A stretch of DNA of 32,973 bases, taken from NCBI GenBank assembly GCA_023428865.1, contig JAEYWT010000147.1, positions 1 to 32,973 of the forward strand, written 5' to 3'. The number at the start of each line of letters is the position of its first letter. Position 1 is the stretch's first letter. The notes under the pieces were generated by a model. The model searched no databases, was not told the DNA's origin, and was given only the letters and a program-made list of their open reading frames with translations. A program made the position numbers and the translations under genes. Shown piece by piece: positions 1 through 6,971 of this stretch. Origin of the DNA: Bacteroidota bacterium (GTDB lineage Bacteria; Bacteroidota; Bacteroidia; Flavobacteriales_F; PHOS-HE28).

Positions 1-250
1 CCACCAGCCTGGCACGCACATCATCCAGATCGAAGATCTCTGTGCGTTGCTCATCCACCGACGTGCGCTTCTTCACACCGGGCTGCTTCTCCAGTTCGTA
101 GTAATCGCAAAGGCCTGCTTCGTTCAGCAGGTCGTATACCACCTCGCACCCGTGGCAACAGAAGTCCTTGTCATCGTGTTTCCGGTGTTCCTCGGCGCAG
201 GTGTCGCCACAATGGAAGCAGGTGACGGCGGTCAGTTGCTCGGCTTTCAT
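1..250 (-). CDS. Heavy-metal (Cu) translocating P-type ATPase, CcoI/FixI-like; N-terminal metal-binding domain only, gene runs off the window start
   Basis: Minus-strand ATG at 248-250. It translates as MKAEQLTAVTCFHCGDTCAEEHRKHDDKDFCCHGCEVVYDLLNEAGLCDYYELEKQPG. The CxxC...CCxGC...CDYY pattern is typical of the ATPase-cat_bd domain at the N-terminus of cbb3-oxidase-associated Cu-ATPases. Confidence 0.75.
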   Translation of the reverse strand, partial: MKAEQLTAVTCFHCGDTCAEEHRKHDDKDFCCHGCEVVYDLLNEAGLCDYYELEKQPGVKKRTSVDEQRTEIFDLDDVRARLV

Positions 251-312
251 GGTGCAAAGAGCGACGATCGTGCGGGTAGTGGAACTGACGGATGTCAGGC
301 ACCAGAACGAGC

Positions 313-333
313 GAAGCGGCACAAAGCCGCTTC
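313..333 (-). terminator. Hairpin directly 3' of tRNA-Arg (candidate terminator or processing hairpin)
   Basis: Perfect 8-bp stem GAAGCGGC / GCCGCTTC (313-320 and 326-333) with a 5-nt loop. It starts 3 nt after the tRNA CCA end on the minus strand. The trailing tract GCTCGTTCTGG is only weakly T-rich. Confidence 0.45.
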
Positions 334-336
334 AGT

Positions 337-411
337 TGGTGACCCCACCAGGAGTCGAACCTGGATCAAGAGTTTAGGAAACTCCTATTCTATCCATTGA
401 ACTATGGAGTC
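337..411 (-). tRNA. tRNA-Arg (anticodon CCT), CCA encoded
   Basis: Hand-folded 75-nt cloverleaf. Acceptor GACTCCA/TGGGGTC, D arm GTTC-AATGGATA-GAAT, anticodon arm GGAGT-TTCCTAA-ACTCT (anticodon CCT), T arm CCAGG-TTCGACT-CCTGG, discriminator A, then CCA. Confidence 0.9.
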
Positions 412-424
412 GGGATAGCGGGCG

Positions 425-432
425 CAAAAGTA
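425..432 (-). promoter_or_regulatory. Bacteroidota-type -7 promoter box (TAnnTTTG) for tRNA-Arg
   Basis: The minus strand reads TACTTTTG. The motif ends 13 nt upstream of tRNA position 1. I saw no clear -33 TTTG element. Confidence 0.35.
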
Positions 433-462
433 GTTGTATCCATCTTTCTACGCCTCGAAGGC

Positions 463-2547
463 CTAGCGCACCTCACTACCAGGCTGGACCATCACATCGG
501 GGCGTACGAAATGCAGCACACCCTCCGCATCCTCGGCCATCAACACCATGCCCTGGCTTTCCACGCCCCGCATCTTCCGAGGTTCAAGGTTGGCCAGGAA
601 AAGCACCTGCTGTCCCGGTAAGCTGGCTGGGTCAAAGTGCATGGCGATACCGCTTACCACCGTGCGCGGCTGTGCTTCGCCGATGTCTATGGTGAGCTTC
701 AACAGCTTATCGGCCTTCTCAACCTTCTCCGCGGTCACGATGGTACCGGTGCGCAGATCGAGCTTCGCGAAATCATCAAAGGAGATGTTGGGTTTCGCTA
801 CCTTCTCCACAGCGGGCTTAGCGGGTGCCGCTACCGGCGCCGGCTGCGCCGCATGCAGGCGTTCCACCTCGGCGACAATGGCCGCATCGTCGATCGGTTT
901 GAAGAGGTGCTCAGGTTTGCCCAAAGAAGCACCCGGCACGATAAGGCCGGAACGCAAGGCATCATCCCACTTCATGGGCCCGATCCCGAGCATGCGCCGC
1001 AGTTTTTCCGCAGTGAACGGCAGGAACGGATCCAGCAACACGCTCAACGCAGCTGTGATCCGCAAGCTGTTGAAGAGGATGGTGCGCACGCGGGCAGGAT
1101 CGGTCTTCTCCAATTTCCATGGCTCGGTCTCCGTAAGGTACTTGTTGCCCAGGCGTGCGGCGTGCATAGCGCTGGCCATGGCCTCCCGGAAACGGAACCG
1201 GTCCACTTCATCGGCCACTTTCGCAGGCAGGGTGTTCAACTCGGCCCACAACAAGACATCCTGCTCATTGCCATCTGTCGGATCAGGCACCTTGCCATCG
1301 TAATACTTGTGGCACAGTACGAACACGCGCTGCACGAAGTTCCCCAGGATACTTACGAGTTCGTTGTTGTTCTTGTCCTGGAAGTCCTTCCATGTGAACT
1401 CGCTGTCCTTGAACTCGGGCAGGATGCTCGCGAGTGCGTAGCGCAATTCATCTTGGCGGCCGGGCCACCGTTCGATGTATTCGTGCAACCACACCGCCCA
1501 GTTGCGGCTGGTGCTCAGCTTCTGTCCTTCGAGGTTGAGGAACTCGTTGGCCGGCACGTTCTGCGGTAGGATGAAACCACCGTGCATCTTCAGCAGTATC
1601 GGGAAGATGATACAGTGGAACACGATGTTATCCTTGCCGATGAAGTGGAGCAGGCGCGTATCGTCGGCCTTCCACCACTTCTCCCAATCGGTGCCTTTAT
1701 CCTTCGCCCATTGTTTTGTTGCCGTGATGTAACCGATGGGTGCATCCAACCACACATAGAGCACTTTGCCTTCGGCGTTGGGCAGCGGCACCGGCACGCC
1801 CCAATCGAGATCGCGTGTCATCGCGCGCGGGCGCAGACCATCCTTCAGCCAGCTGTTGCATTGGCCTAGCACCTGCGGTTTCCATTCACTGGCATCATGC
1901 TGTTGCACACCGTCCAGCTCTCCGGTATTGATCCACTTGTCCACCCATTCCTGCGCGCGGTCCATGGGCAGGTACCAATGTTTGGTGGACTTCAGAACAG
2001 GTGTGATCCCGCTAAGGGTACTGCGCACATCCTTCAGCTCCTTCGGGCTAAGGGCAGTGCCGCACTTCTCGCATTGATCGCCATAGGCTTCGGTATTGCC
2101 GCACACCGGGCAAGTGCCTTTGATGTAACGATCGGCGAGGAACTGCTTGGCTTCCTCATCGAAGTACTGCAACTCTTCCTGTTCCGTGAATGCCCCGTTC
2201 TTATCCAACTGTAGGAAGAAATCCTGGCTGGTCTGCTTGTGCAGTTCGGCGCTGGTGCGGTGGTAGATATCGAAGTGGATGCCGAAGTCCGTGAAGGCCT
2301 GGCCCATCATCGCATGGTACTTGTCCACAATGGCCTTCGGGGTAGTGCCATCCTTCATGGCGCGGATGGTGATGGCGGCACCATGCTCATCGCTGCCACA
2401 TACGAAGAGCACCTCCTTTCCACGGGCGCGCAAACAGCGCACGTAGATATCAGAGGGCAGGTAGGCGCCGGCGATGTGGCCGATGTGCAACGGCCCATTG
2501 GCATAAGGCAGGGCGGCGGTAACGGTGGTGCGTGCGGGTTCCTTCAC
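463..2547 (-). CDS. metG: Methionine--tRNA ligase with C-terminal Trbp111/EMAP-like tRNA-binding domain
   Basis: TVTAALPYANGPLHIGH (HIGH motif), zinc knuckles CPVCG...CEKCG, and a C-terminal FAKLDLRTGTIV...VVSGIA...MRGVESQGMVL domain. The open frame extends to a GTG at 2652. I chose the GTG at 2547 (VKEPARTTVTAAL), which gives the usual short N-terminus and leaves a 123-nt divergent intergenic region. The start is uncertain. Confidence 0.9.
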   Translation of the reverse strand: MKEPARTTVTAALPYANGPLHIGHIAGAYLPSDIYVRCLRARGKEVLFVCGSDEHGAAITIRAMKDGTTPKAIVDKYHAMMGQAFTDFGIHFDIYHRTSAELHKQTSQDFFLQLDKNGAFTEQEELQYFDEEAKQFLADRYIKGTCPVCGNTEAYGDQCEKCGTALSPKELKDVRSTLSGITPVLKSTKHWYLPMDRAQEWVDKWINTGELDGVQQHDASEWKPQVLGQCNSWLKDGLRPRAMTRDLDWGVPVPLPNAEGKVLYVWLDAPIGYITATKQWAKDKGTDWEKWWKADDTRLLHFIGKDNIVFHCIIFPILLKMHGGFILPQNVPANEFLNLEGQKLSTSRNWAVWLHEYIERWPGRQDELRYALASILPEFKDSEFTWKDFQDKNNNELVSILGNFVQRVFVLCHKYYDGKVPDPTDGNEQDVLLWAELNTLPAKVADEVDRFRFREAMASAMHAARLGNKYLTETEPWKLEKTDPARVRTILFNSLRITAALSVLLDPFLPFTAEKLRRMLGIGPMKWDDALRSGLIVPGASLGKPEHLFKPIDDAAIVAEVERLHAAQPAPVAAPAKPAVEKVAKPNISFDDFAKLDLRTGTIVTAEKVEKADKLLKLTIDIGEAQPRTVVSGIAMHFDPASLPGQQVLFLANLEPRKMRGVESQGMVLMAEDAEGVLHFVRPDVMVQPGSEVR

Positions 2548-2670
2548 GGGGTTCGGCTTCGGCCCGCGAAAGTACCGAAGTAGCCTATAGCGCGGCTCTG
2601 GCACTAGAATTGGGATGACCGGGTAACTTTCCACGGCCACCTGCCGTCCCACACCAAAACCAACCCTTGT

Positions 2671-3270
2671 ATGCTCTCTAGGACCGCTCCTTTCCTAATT
2701 GCGCTTGTTGCAGGCGTAACGCTAGCCACACCAGAAACACAGGCCCAGGCCTTTACCGAAGGCTCCAACAACATTTCCATTGGCTATGGCGGTGTCACCT
2801 TCCTAGGCGCGATCAGCCGCAACTTCGATACCTACACCGATGTGAACTACACCGGCTTAGGGCCGCTCTATTTCAAGTACGAGCGCGGCGTTTCGGAGAA
2901 TATCGGCTTGGGCATAAGCTTCGCTTACGCAACCAACGAATGGGTCTACAAGTATCAAATACTAGATGAGTCATACACCGAGACCACCAGCCGCTCCACC
3001 TACAGCATCCTGGCACGATTCAACTACCACATCGGCGACAGTGATAAGTTCGACCCCTACATCGGGTTCGGCTTAGGCTATCGCGATGCGAAATGGACCT
3101 CCCAGAGCAGCGGTTCTACCAATAGTGGTGTGGAGTTGAAATCGGTGATGCCCTTCGGCATGGACCTCACCTTCGGAGCGCGCTACTTCTTCACTGACAA
3201 TATCGGTTTGTATGCTGAAGTCGGCGCCGCAAAATCCGTGGTACAGGGCGGTCTGGCCCTTAAATTCTGA
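2671..3270 (+). CDS. Outer-membrane beta-barrel protein (OmpW/OMP_b-brl-like porin family)
   Basis: Signal peptide MLSRTAPFLIALVAGVTLATPETQAQA, alternating aromatic/Gly beta-strand pattern, and a C-terminal ...GGLALKF with terminal Phe. Confidence 0.7.
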   Translation: MLSRTAPFLIALVAGVTLATPETQAQAFTEGSNNISIGYGGVTFLGAISRNFDTYTDVNYTGLGPLYFKYERGVSENIGLGISFAYATNEWVYKYQILDESYTETTSRSTYSILARFNYHIGDSDKFDPYIGFGLGYRDAKWTSQSSGSTNSGVELKSVMPFGMDLTFGARYFFTDNIGLYAEVGAAKSVVQGGLALKF

Positions 3271-3311
3271 CATGGATCGGCGGTGTTAGCCGCATGATCA
3301 CCAACTTGGAC

Positions 3312-3342
3312 GCGGTATCGGTGGAGGCCCCATCGGTACCGC
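3312..3342 (+). terminator. Candidate stem-loop downstream of the OMP gene
   Basis: GCGGTATCG (3312-3320) pairs with CGGTACCGC (3334-3342), 9 bp including one G-U. The loop is 13 nt and is followed by GTTCTGC. The T tract is weak. Confidence 0.3.
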
Positions 3343-3349
3343 GTTCTGC

Positions 3350-4288
3350 ATGCATAGCATTTACCCACCTCCCCTCCGCCCCGGCGACACCATCGCTCTA
3401 GTTCCCACTGCCCGCGCGATCTCCATGGAAGAGCTGCGCGACGGCCTGGTCCTAGCCGAAAGCTGGGGACTGAACGTAAGGCTGGGCGCGGGGATCGGCC
3501 GCAAACACTTCCAACAGGCCGGCACCAGTGCTGAGCGCACTGCGGATCTGCAAGCCGCCATCAACGACCCGGCTGTGCGGGCCATCTGGTGTGCGCGCGG
3601 CGGTTATGGTACGGTCCACCTGCTTGAGCAGCTCGATCTTTCACCCTTGCAGAAGGATCCCAAATGGATCATCGGGTTCAGCGATATCACCGTGCTGCAC
3701 AATGCGTTGGCCAGGATGGACGTGGCATCGTTGCATGCGCAAATGCCGTTCAACATTGTCAGTAAGAGCGCGGCGTGCAAAGAGAGCTTACGCATGGCGC
3801 TCTTCGGCGAAGCGTATGGCATCGTCGGAACTATAGCCGAGCAGCCATTGGGTAGTACAACACCACGAATAGGCTCGTGCACAGCTCCTGTCATAGGCGG
3901 CAACCTCAGCATACTCTACGCCCTGCGGGGCACACCGTTCGATATCGACCCGGCGAGGAAGATCCTCTTCTTGGAAGACCTGGACGAACTACGCTACCAT
4001 GCCGACCGGATGATCCAGAACCTGAAGTTGGGCGGCTGGTTCCAAGACCTTGCTGGCCTTATCGTAGGGGGCATGACCGACATGCGCGACAAGAACCCCG
4101 AAGACCCCTTCGGAAAAGAAGTGGAGCAGATGATCGCCGAGGCTGTAGCGCCGTACGAATACCCGGTCTGCTATGGTTTTCCAGCAGGCCACATCGACGA
4201 TAACCGAGCGCTGGTCATGGGTACGAATGCAAAGCTCAGCGTTACCGCGAACGGCACAACGCTGAGCTTCGGTGGTGCTATGGGATGA
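3350..4288 (+). CDS. LD-carboxypeptidase (peptidase S66, muramoyltetrapeptide carboxypeptidase family)
   Basis: RPGDTIALVPTA, ARGGYGTVHLL, IIGFSDITVLH (Ser nucleophile context), LEDLDE, and GFPAGH (catalytic His context). Confidence 0.85.
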   Translation: MHSIYPPPLRPGDTIALVPTARAISMEELRDGLVLAESWGLNVRLGAGIGRKHFQQAGTSAERTADLQAAINDPAVRAIWCARGGYGTVHLLEQLDLSPLQKDPKWIIGFSDITVLHNALARMDVASLHAQMPFNIVSKSAACKESLRMALFGEAYGIVGTIAEQPLGSTTPRIGSCTAPVIGGNLSILYALRGTPFDIDPARKILFLEDLDELRYHADRMIQNLKLGGWFQDLAGLIVGGMTDMRDKNPEDPFGKEVEQMIAEAVAPYEYPVCYGFPAGHIDDNRALVMGTNAKLSVTANGTTLSFGGAMG

Positions 4289-4325
4289 ACGTGGACCCGA
4301 TCCGTCCACCGCTTCAAGCCTTCAT

Positions 4326-4970
4326 TCAATTCCGCTCGAACTTGTTGAAGCCTGCGGGGATCTCGAACAGGCTTGTCTTCTGCGCTCCCTTGGTCACCTG
4401 CTTCACTTCCAAACGGCTCACTTCCGCACCGTCCAGCTTCTGTTCGATGCCAAGCATGGGGAACACGCCTTTATTATCCTTGATCTGCAGGAAGAACACG
4501 GCCTGTTCATCCTTCCGGTTCAACGTTTCCAGCAGGGGCACGAAGAAGGTGAACTCATCGGCCGCCACCCAGTAGGTTAGTATGCGATCCTCCTTGGGGC
4601 TCTTCACCACCCATTTCTCGCATTTGTATCCGGCCATGTCCTTCATCTCCGAGGTCTTTTGCACGGTGGTCTCCACATCCTTGGGCAGCCGCATGTTCGG
4701 CACATCCATGTAGAGCTTGCGTTCGGGGCTGATGGCGGTAACGGACTTGTCGCGTGTATCCACCAGCATGATGCCCTGCACCTCCCCCTTGGCGCTTATC
4801 TCTTCGATCCGGATACGATCGCCCTTCACGTGATACTTGTAGTTGGTCACCACCGGGCCAGTGGTCTTGCTGAACTCGACCACCCCTTCGAAGGATTGGG
4901 CCGTAGAGGTGGAAGCAAGTAGCAGAAGGGTCGTTCCTGCTAGGAGGAGCTTGCGGAAGATGGCGTGCAT
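4326..4970 (-). CDS. DUF4412-like secreted protein
   Basis: The ATG at 4970 gives signal peptide MHAIFRKLLLAGTTLLLLASTSTAQS. The body shows the pattern YKYHVKGDRIRIEE...MLVDTRDKSVTAISPERKLYMDVP. The ORF-track N-terminal extension to 5108 has no signal-peptide logic. Confidence 0.5.
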   Translation of the reverse strand: MHAIFRKLLLAGTTLLLLASTSTAQSFEGVVEFSKTTGPVVTNYKYHVKGDRIRIEEISAKGEVQGIMLVDTRDKSVTAISPERKLYMDVPNMRLPKDVETTVQKTSEMKDMAGYKCEKWVVKSPKEDRILTYWVAADEFTFFVPLLETLNRKDEQAVFFLQIKDNKGVFPMLGIEQKLDGAEVSRLEVKQVTKGAQKTSLFEIPAGFNKFERN

Positions 4971-5096
4971 GGTTGGAGTCGGTTCCGTCCGAGGCGCGAT
5001 CGTATTCGCGTCTGAACGTGATATGGGCGGAAGAATCCTCAATTTTAGACCTTCAACGGGGTGTTCCGATCGTTTGTTACGCCAAGTTGCTACCAC

Positions 5097-5480
5097 ATGG
5101 CACAGCATAACGAAACAGGTTCCTTAGGAGAGCAATACGCGTGCCGCTTCCTCGAAGAGCTTGGCTACGAGCTGGTTGAGCGAAACTGGCGTTTCGGCAA
5201 AGACGAACTCGACATCATCATGCGCACAGCCCGCGAGCTGATCATCGTAGAGGTGAAGACCCGCGCCAGCAACACCCATGGCGAGCCCGAAGAAGCTGTG
5301 AAGAAAGGTAAGCGCAGCACCATGATCCGTGGCGCCAATGCATACGTTCAGCAAACTGGGTGCGAACTTGCGCTCCGTTTCGACATCGTAAGCGTGATCC
5401 TGCACCCTTCCGGCAAGCCGTACATACACCACATCCCCGACGCCTTCTACCCGACCATCCATGAGCGACCGTTCAAATAG
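5097..5480 (+). CDS. yraN: YraN family (UPF0102) endonuclease-like protein
   Basis: MAQHNETGSLGEQYACRFLEELGYELVERNWRFGKDELDIIMRT..ELIIVEVKTR is the canonical UPF0102 pattern. ATG at 5097. Confidence 0.8.
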   Translation: MAQHNETGSLGEQYACRFLEELGYELVERNWRFGKDELDIIMRTARELIIVEVKTRASNTHGEPEEAVKKGKRSTMIRGANAYVQQTGCELALRFDIVSVILHPSGKPYIHHIPDAFYPTIHERPFK

Positions 5481-6822
5481 CCGCCGCCCGAAAGGGGGCC
5501 GTACCTCCCGCCCCAGCGGCCCACGACCAACGGGGGGCGCACGCCGTTCATCAAGCGCCGATCCGCGCGAACGACGCCCACGACCCGAGGAGGAGGAAGA
5601 GCGTCCGCGGCACGCCGGTACTCGGCCACAAGGTGGTGTAAGGCCCGGCAGGTTCAACAACGAACGCCCGTCGCGTCCAAGCTTCAACAACGACGATCGT
5701 GCAGGCGAACGGAGCGAACGACCGCGTGGCACCCGCAGCGAACGGCCCCAAGAAAGTGGTCGTGGCGGTCGGTTCCACAGCGAACGCCCCACCCGTGCCG
5801 GCGCTCCACACATCGATCGCGACGAACGCCCACGCAGCCCCCGGGGAGAACGTCCCGCGAAGCCAAGCGCAAGTCGAGCAGCAAGCGCGGCTCGCCCCCA
5901 ACGCGCTGCCGCACGGTACGGTGAAGACCGCCCCACGAGCAAACGTGCGGGCAAGCGACCACCGAAAGCCATCCGCGAAGGCGGCAGCATGGATGCACCT
6001 CGGCAGGAACGTGGCTACCGCGAACGCGATGCCAGCACCAAACGCTTTGTTGGCCGCGGACCCGACCGTACGAGCAAGCGTGGCAAAAAAGCGGAAGAAG
6101 GCTTGGGCGATGGCCGCATTCGCCTGAACCGCTACTTGAGCAATGCCGGTGTAGCCAGCCGACGCGAAGCGGATGACCTGATCCAGGCCGGTGTGGTAAC
6201 GGTGAACGGAAAGATCGTGACCGAATTGGGTACCAAAGTGGGACCCGGCGATGTGATCCATTACGGCGGACAGAAACTGAGCACCGAGAAGAAACGCTAC
6301 GTGCTCCTGAATAAACCGAAGGACTTCATCACCACCACTGATGATCCGCGTGACCGCCGCACAGTAATGGCCTTGATCGATGATGCATGCACCGAACGGC
6401 TCTACCCCGTTGGCCGCTTGGACCGCCACACCACCGGTGTATTGCTCATGACCAACGACGGCGACCTAGCCAAGAAGCTCACGCACCCGAGCCATGGCGC
6501 GGAGAAGATCTACCACGCCACCTTGGACAAGTCCCTCACCAAAGCCGATCTGGAGAAACTGGTGGCCGGGGTGGAACTGGAAGATGGCCTGGCCGTTGCC
6601 GACGAAGCCAGCTACGTGGCCAACGGCAGCAAGAAAGAGGTGGGTCTGAAGATCCACATGGGACGCAACCGCGTGGTGCGCCGCATGTTCGCCGCCCTGG
6701 GGTACGAGGTGGTGAAGCTGGATCGGGTGGTCTTCGCCGGCCTTACCAAAAAGGACCTGCCCCGTGGCAAATGGCGCCATCTCTCGGAAAAAGAGGTGCT
6801 GTTCCTGAGCAAACGGAAGTAG
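5461..6822 (+). CDS. rluB: rRNA pseudouridine synthase (RsuA/RluB/RluF family) with a ~218-aa Arg/Pro/Glu/Ser-rich N-terminal extension
   Basis: S4 domain IRLNRYLSNAGVASRREADDLIQAGVVTVNG, and catalytic motif GRLDRHTTGVLLMTNDG. The ATG at 5461 overlaps yraN by 20 nt. An alternative internal start is Met177 at 5989. Confidence 0.85.
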   Translation: MSDRSNSRRPKGGRTSRPSGPRPTGGARRSSSADPRERRPRPEEEEERPRHAGTRPQGGVRPGRFNNERPSRPSFNNDDRAGERSERPRGTRSERPQESGRGGRFHSERPTRAGAPHIDRDERPRSPRGERPAKPSASRAASAARPQRAAARYGEDRPTSKRAGKRPPKAIREGGSMDAPRQERGYRERDASTKRFVGRGPDRTSKRGKKAEEGLGDGRIRLNRYLSNAGVASRREADDLIQAGVVTVNGKIVTELGTKVGPGDVIHYGGQKLSTEKKRYVLLNKPKDFITTTDDPRDRRTVMALIDDACTERLYPVGRLDRHTTGVLLMTNDGDLAKKLTHPSHGAEKIYHATLDKSLTKADLEKLVAGVELEDGLAVADEASYVANGSKKEVGLKIHMGRNRVVRRMFAALGYEVVKLDRVVFAGLTKKDLPRGKWRHLSEKEVLFLSKRK

Positions 6823-6847
6823 GACGGTAGTAGGCAGTTCGTAGTTC

Positions 6848-6873
6848 GCAGCAGACAGTGGTGGATCTGCTGC
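6848..6873 (+). terminator. Stem-loop downstream of the rluB-like gene
   Basis: Perfect 8-bp stem GCAGCAGA (6848-6855) / TCTGCTGC (6866-6873) with a 10-nt loop. It is nested inside a second 7-bp pairing, CAGTTCG...CGAACTG. There is no U tract. Confidence 0.35.
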
Positions 6874-6971
6874 CAACTACCTGCTTCGAACTGTTCATCC
6901 GATCACGCCAGGCTTGGTGCGAATAACATCGCCCTGTGAACGAACTGCACGGATCTTGCCGTTAGTGGTTC

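Noticed and set aside
47-400. 117-aa plus-strand ORF at the window start
   Set aside because: It overlaps both the ccoI-like N-terminus and the tRNA-Arg gene on the opposite strand. It has no motif support.
2548-2652. The 35-codon N-terminal extension of metG, and similar ORF-track extensions at 4971-5108, 5061-5096, 9667-9744, 11346-11363, 14196-14240, 16664-16747, 29112-29168, 29680-29706, 29731-29751 and 32587-32733
   Set aside because: Several of these extensions begin at GTG or TTG codons. All of them add residues before a well-formed signal peptide or conserved N-terminus, or overlap neighbouring genes or promoter boxes. The shorter starts fit the family N-termini better. The metG choice remains uncertain.
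4291-4309. GTGGAC-n7-GTCCAC hairpin between the convergent ldcA-like and DUF4412 genes, as a bidirectional terminator
   Set aside because: It has only a 6-bp stem and no U or A tracts on either side, which is too weak to call.
5124-6429. Long minus-strand ORFs (288 aa at 5124-5990, 292 aa at 5551-6429) and the plus-strand ORF at 5699-6127, all over the rluB 5' region
   Set aside because: They lie antisense to, or out of frame with, a gene that has clear S4 and pseudouridine-synthase motifs. Their products are Arg/Gly/Ala/Pro low-complexity with no motif. Open frames on all strands are expected in this GC-rich repetitive stretch.
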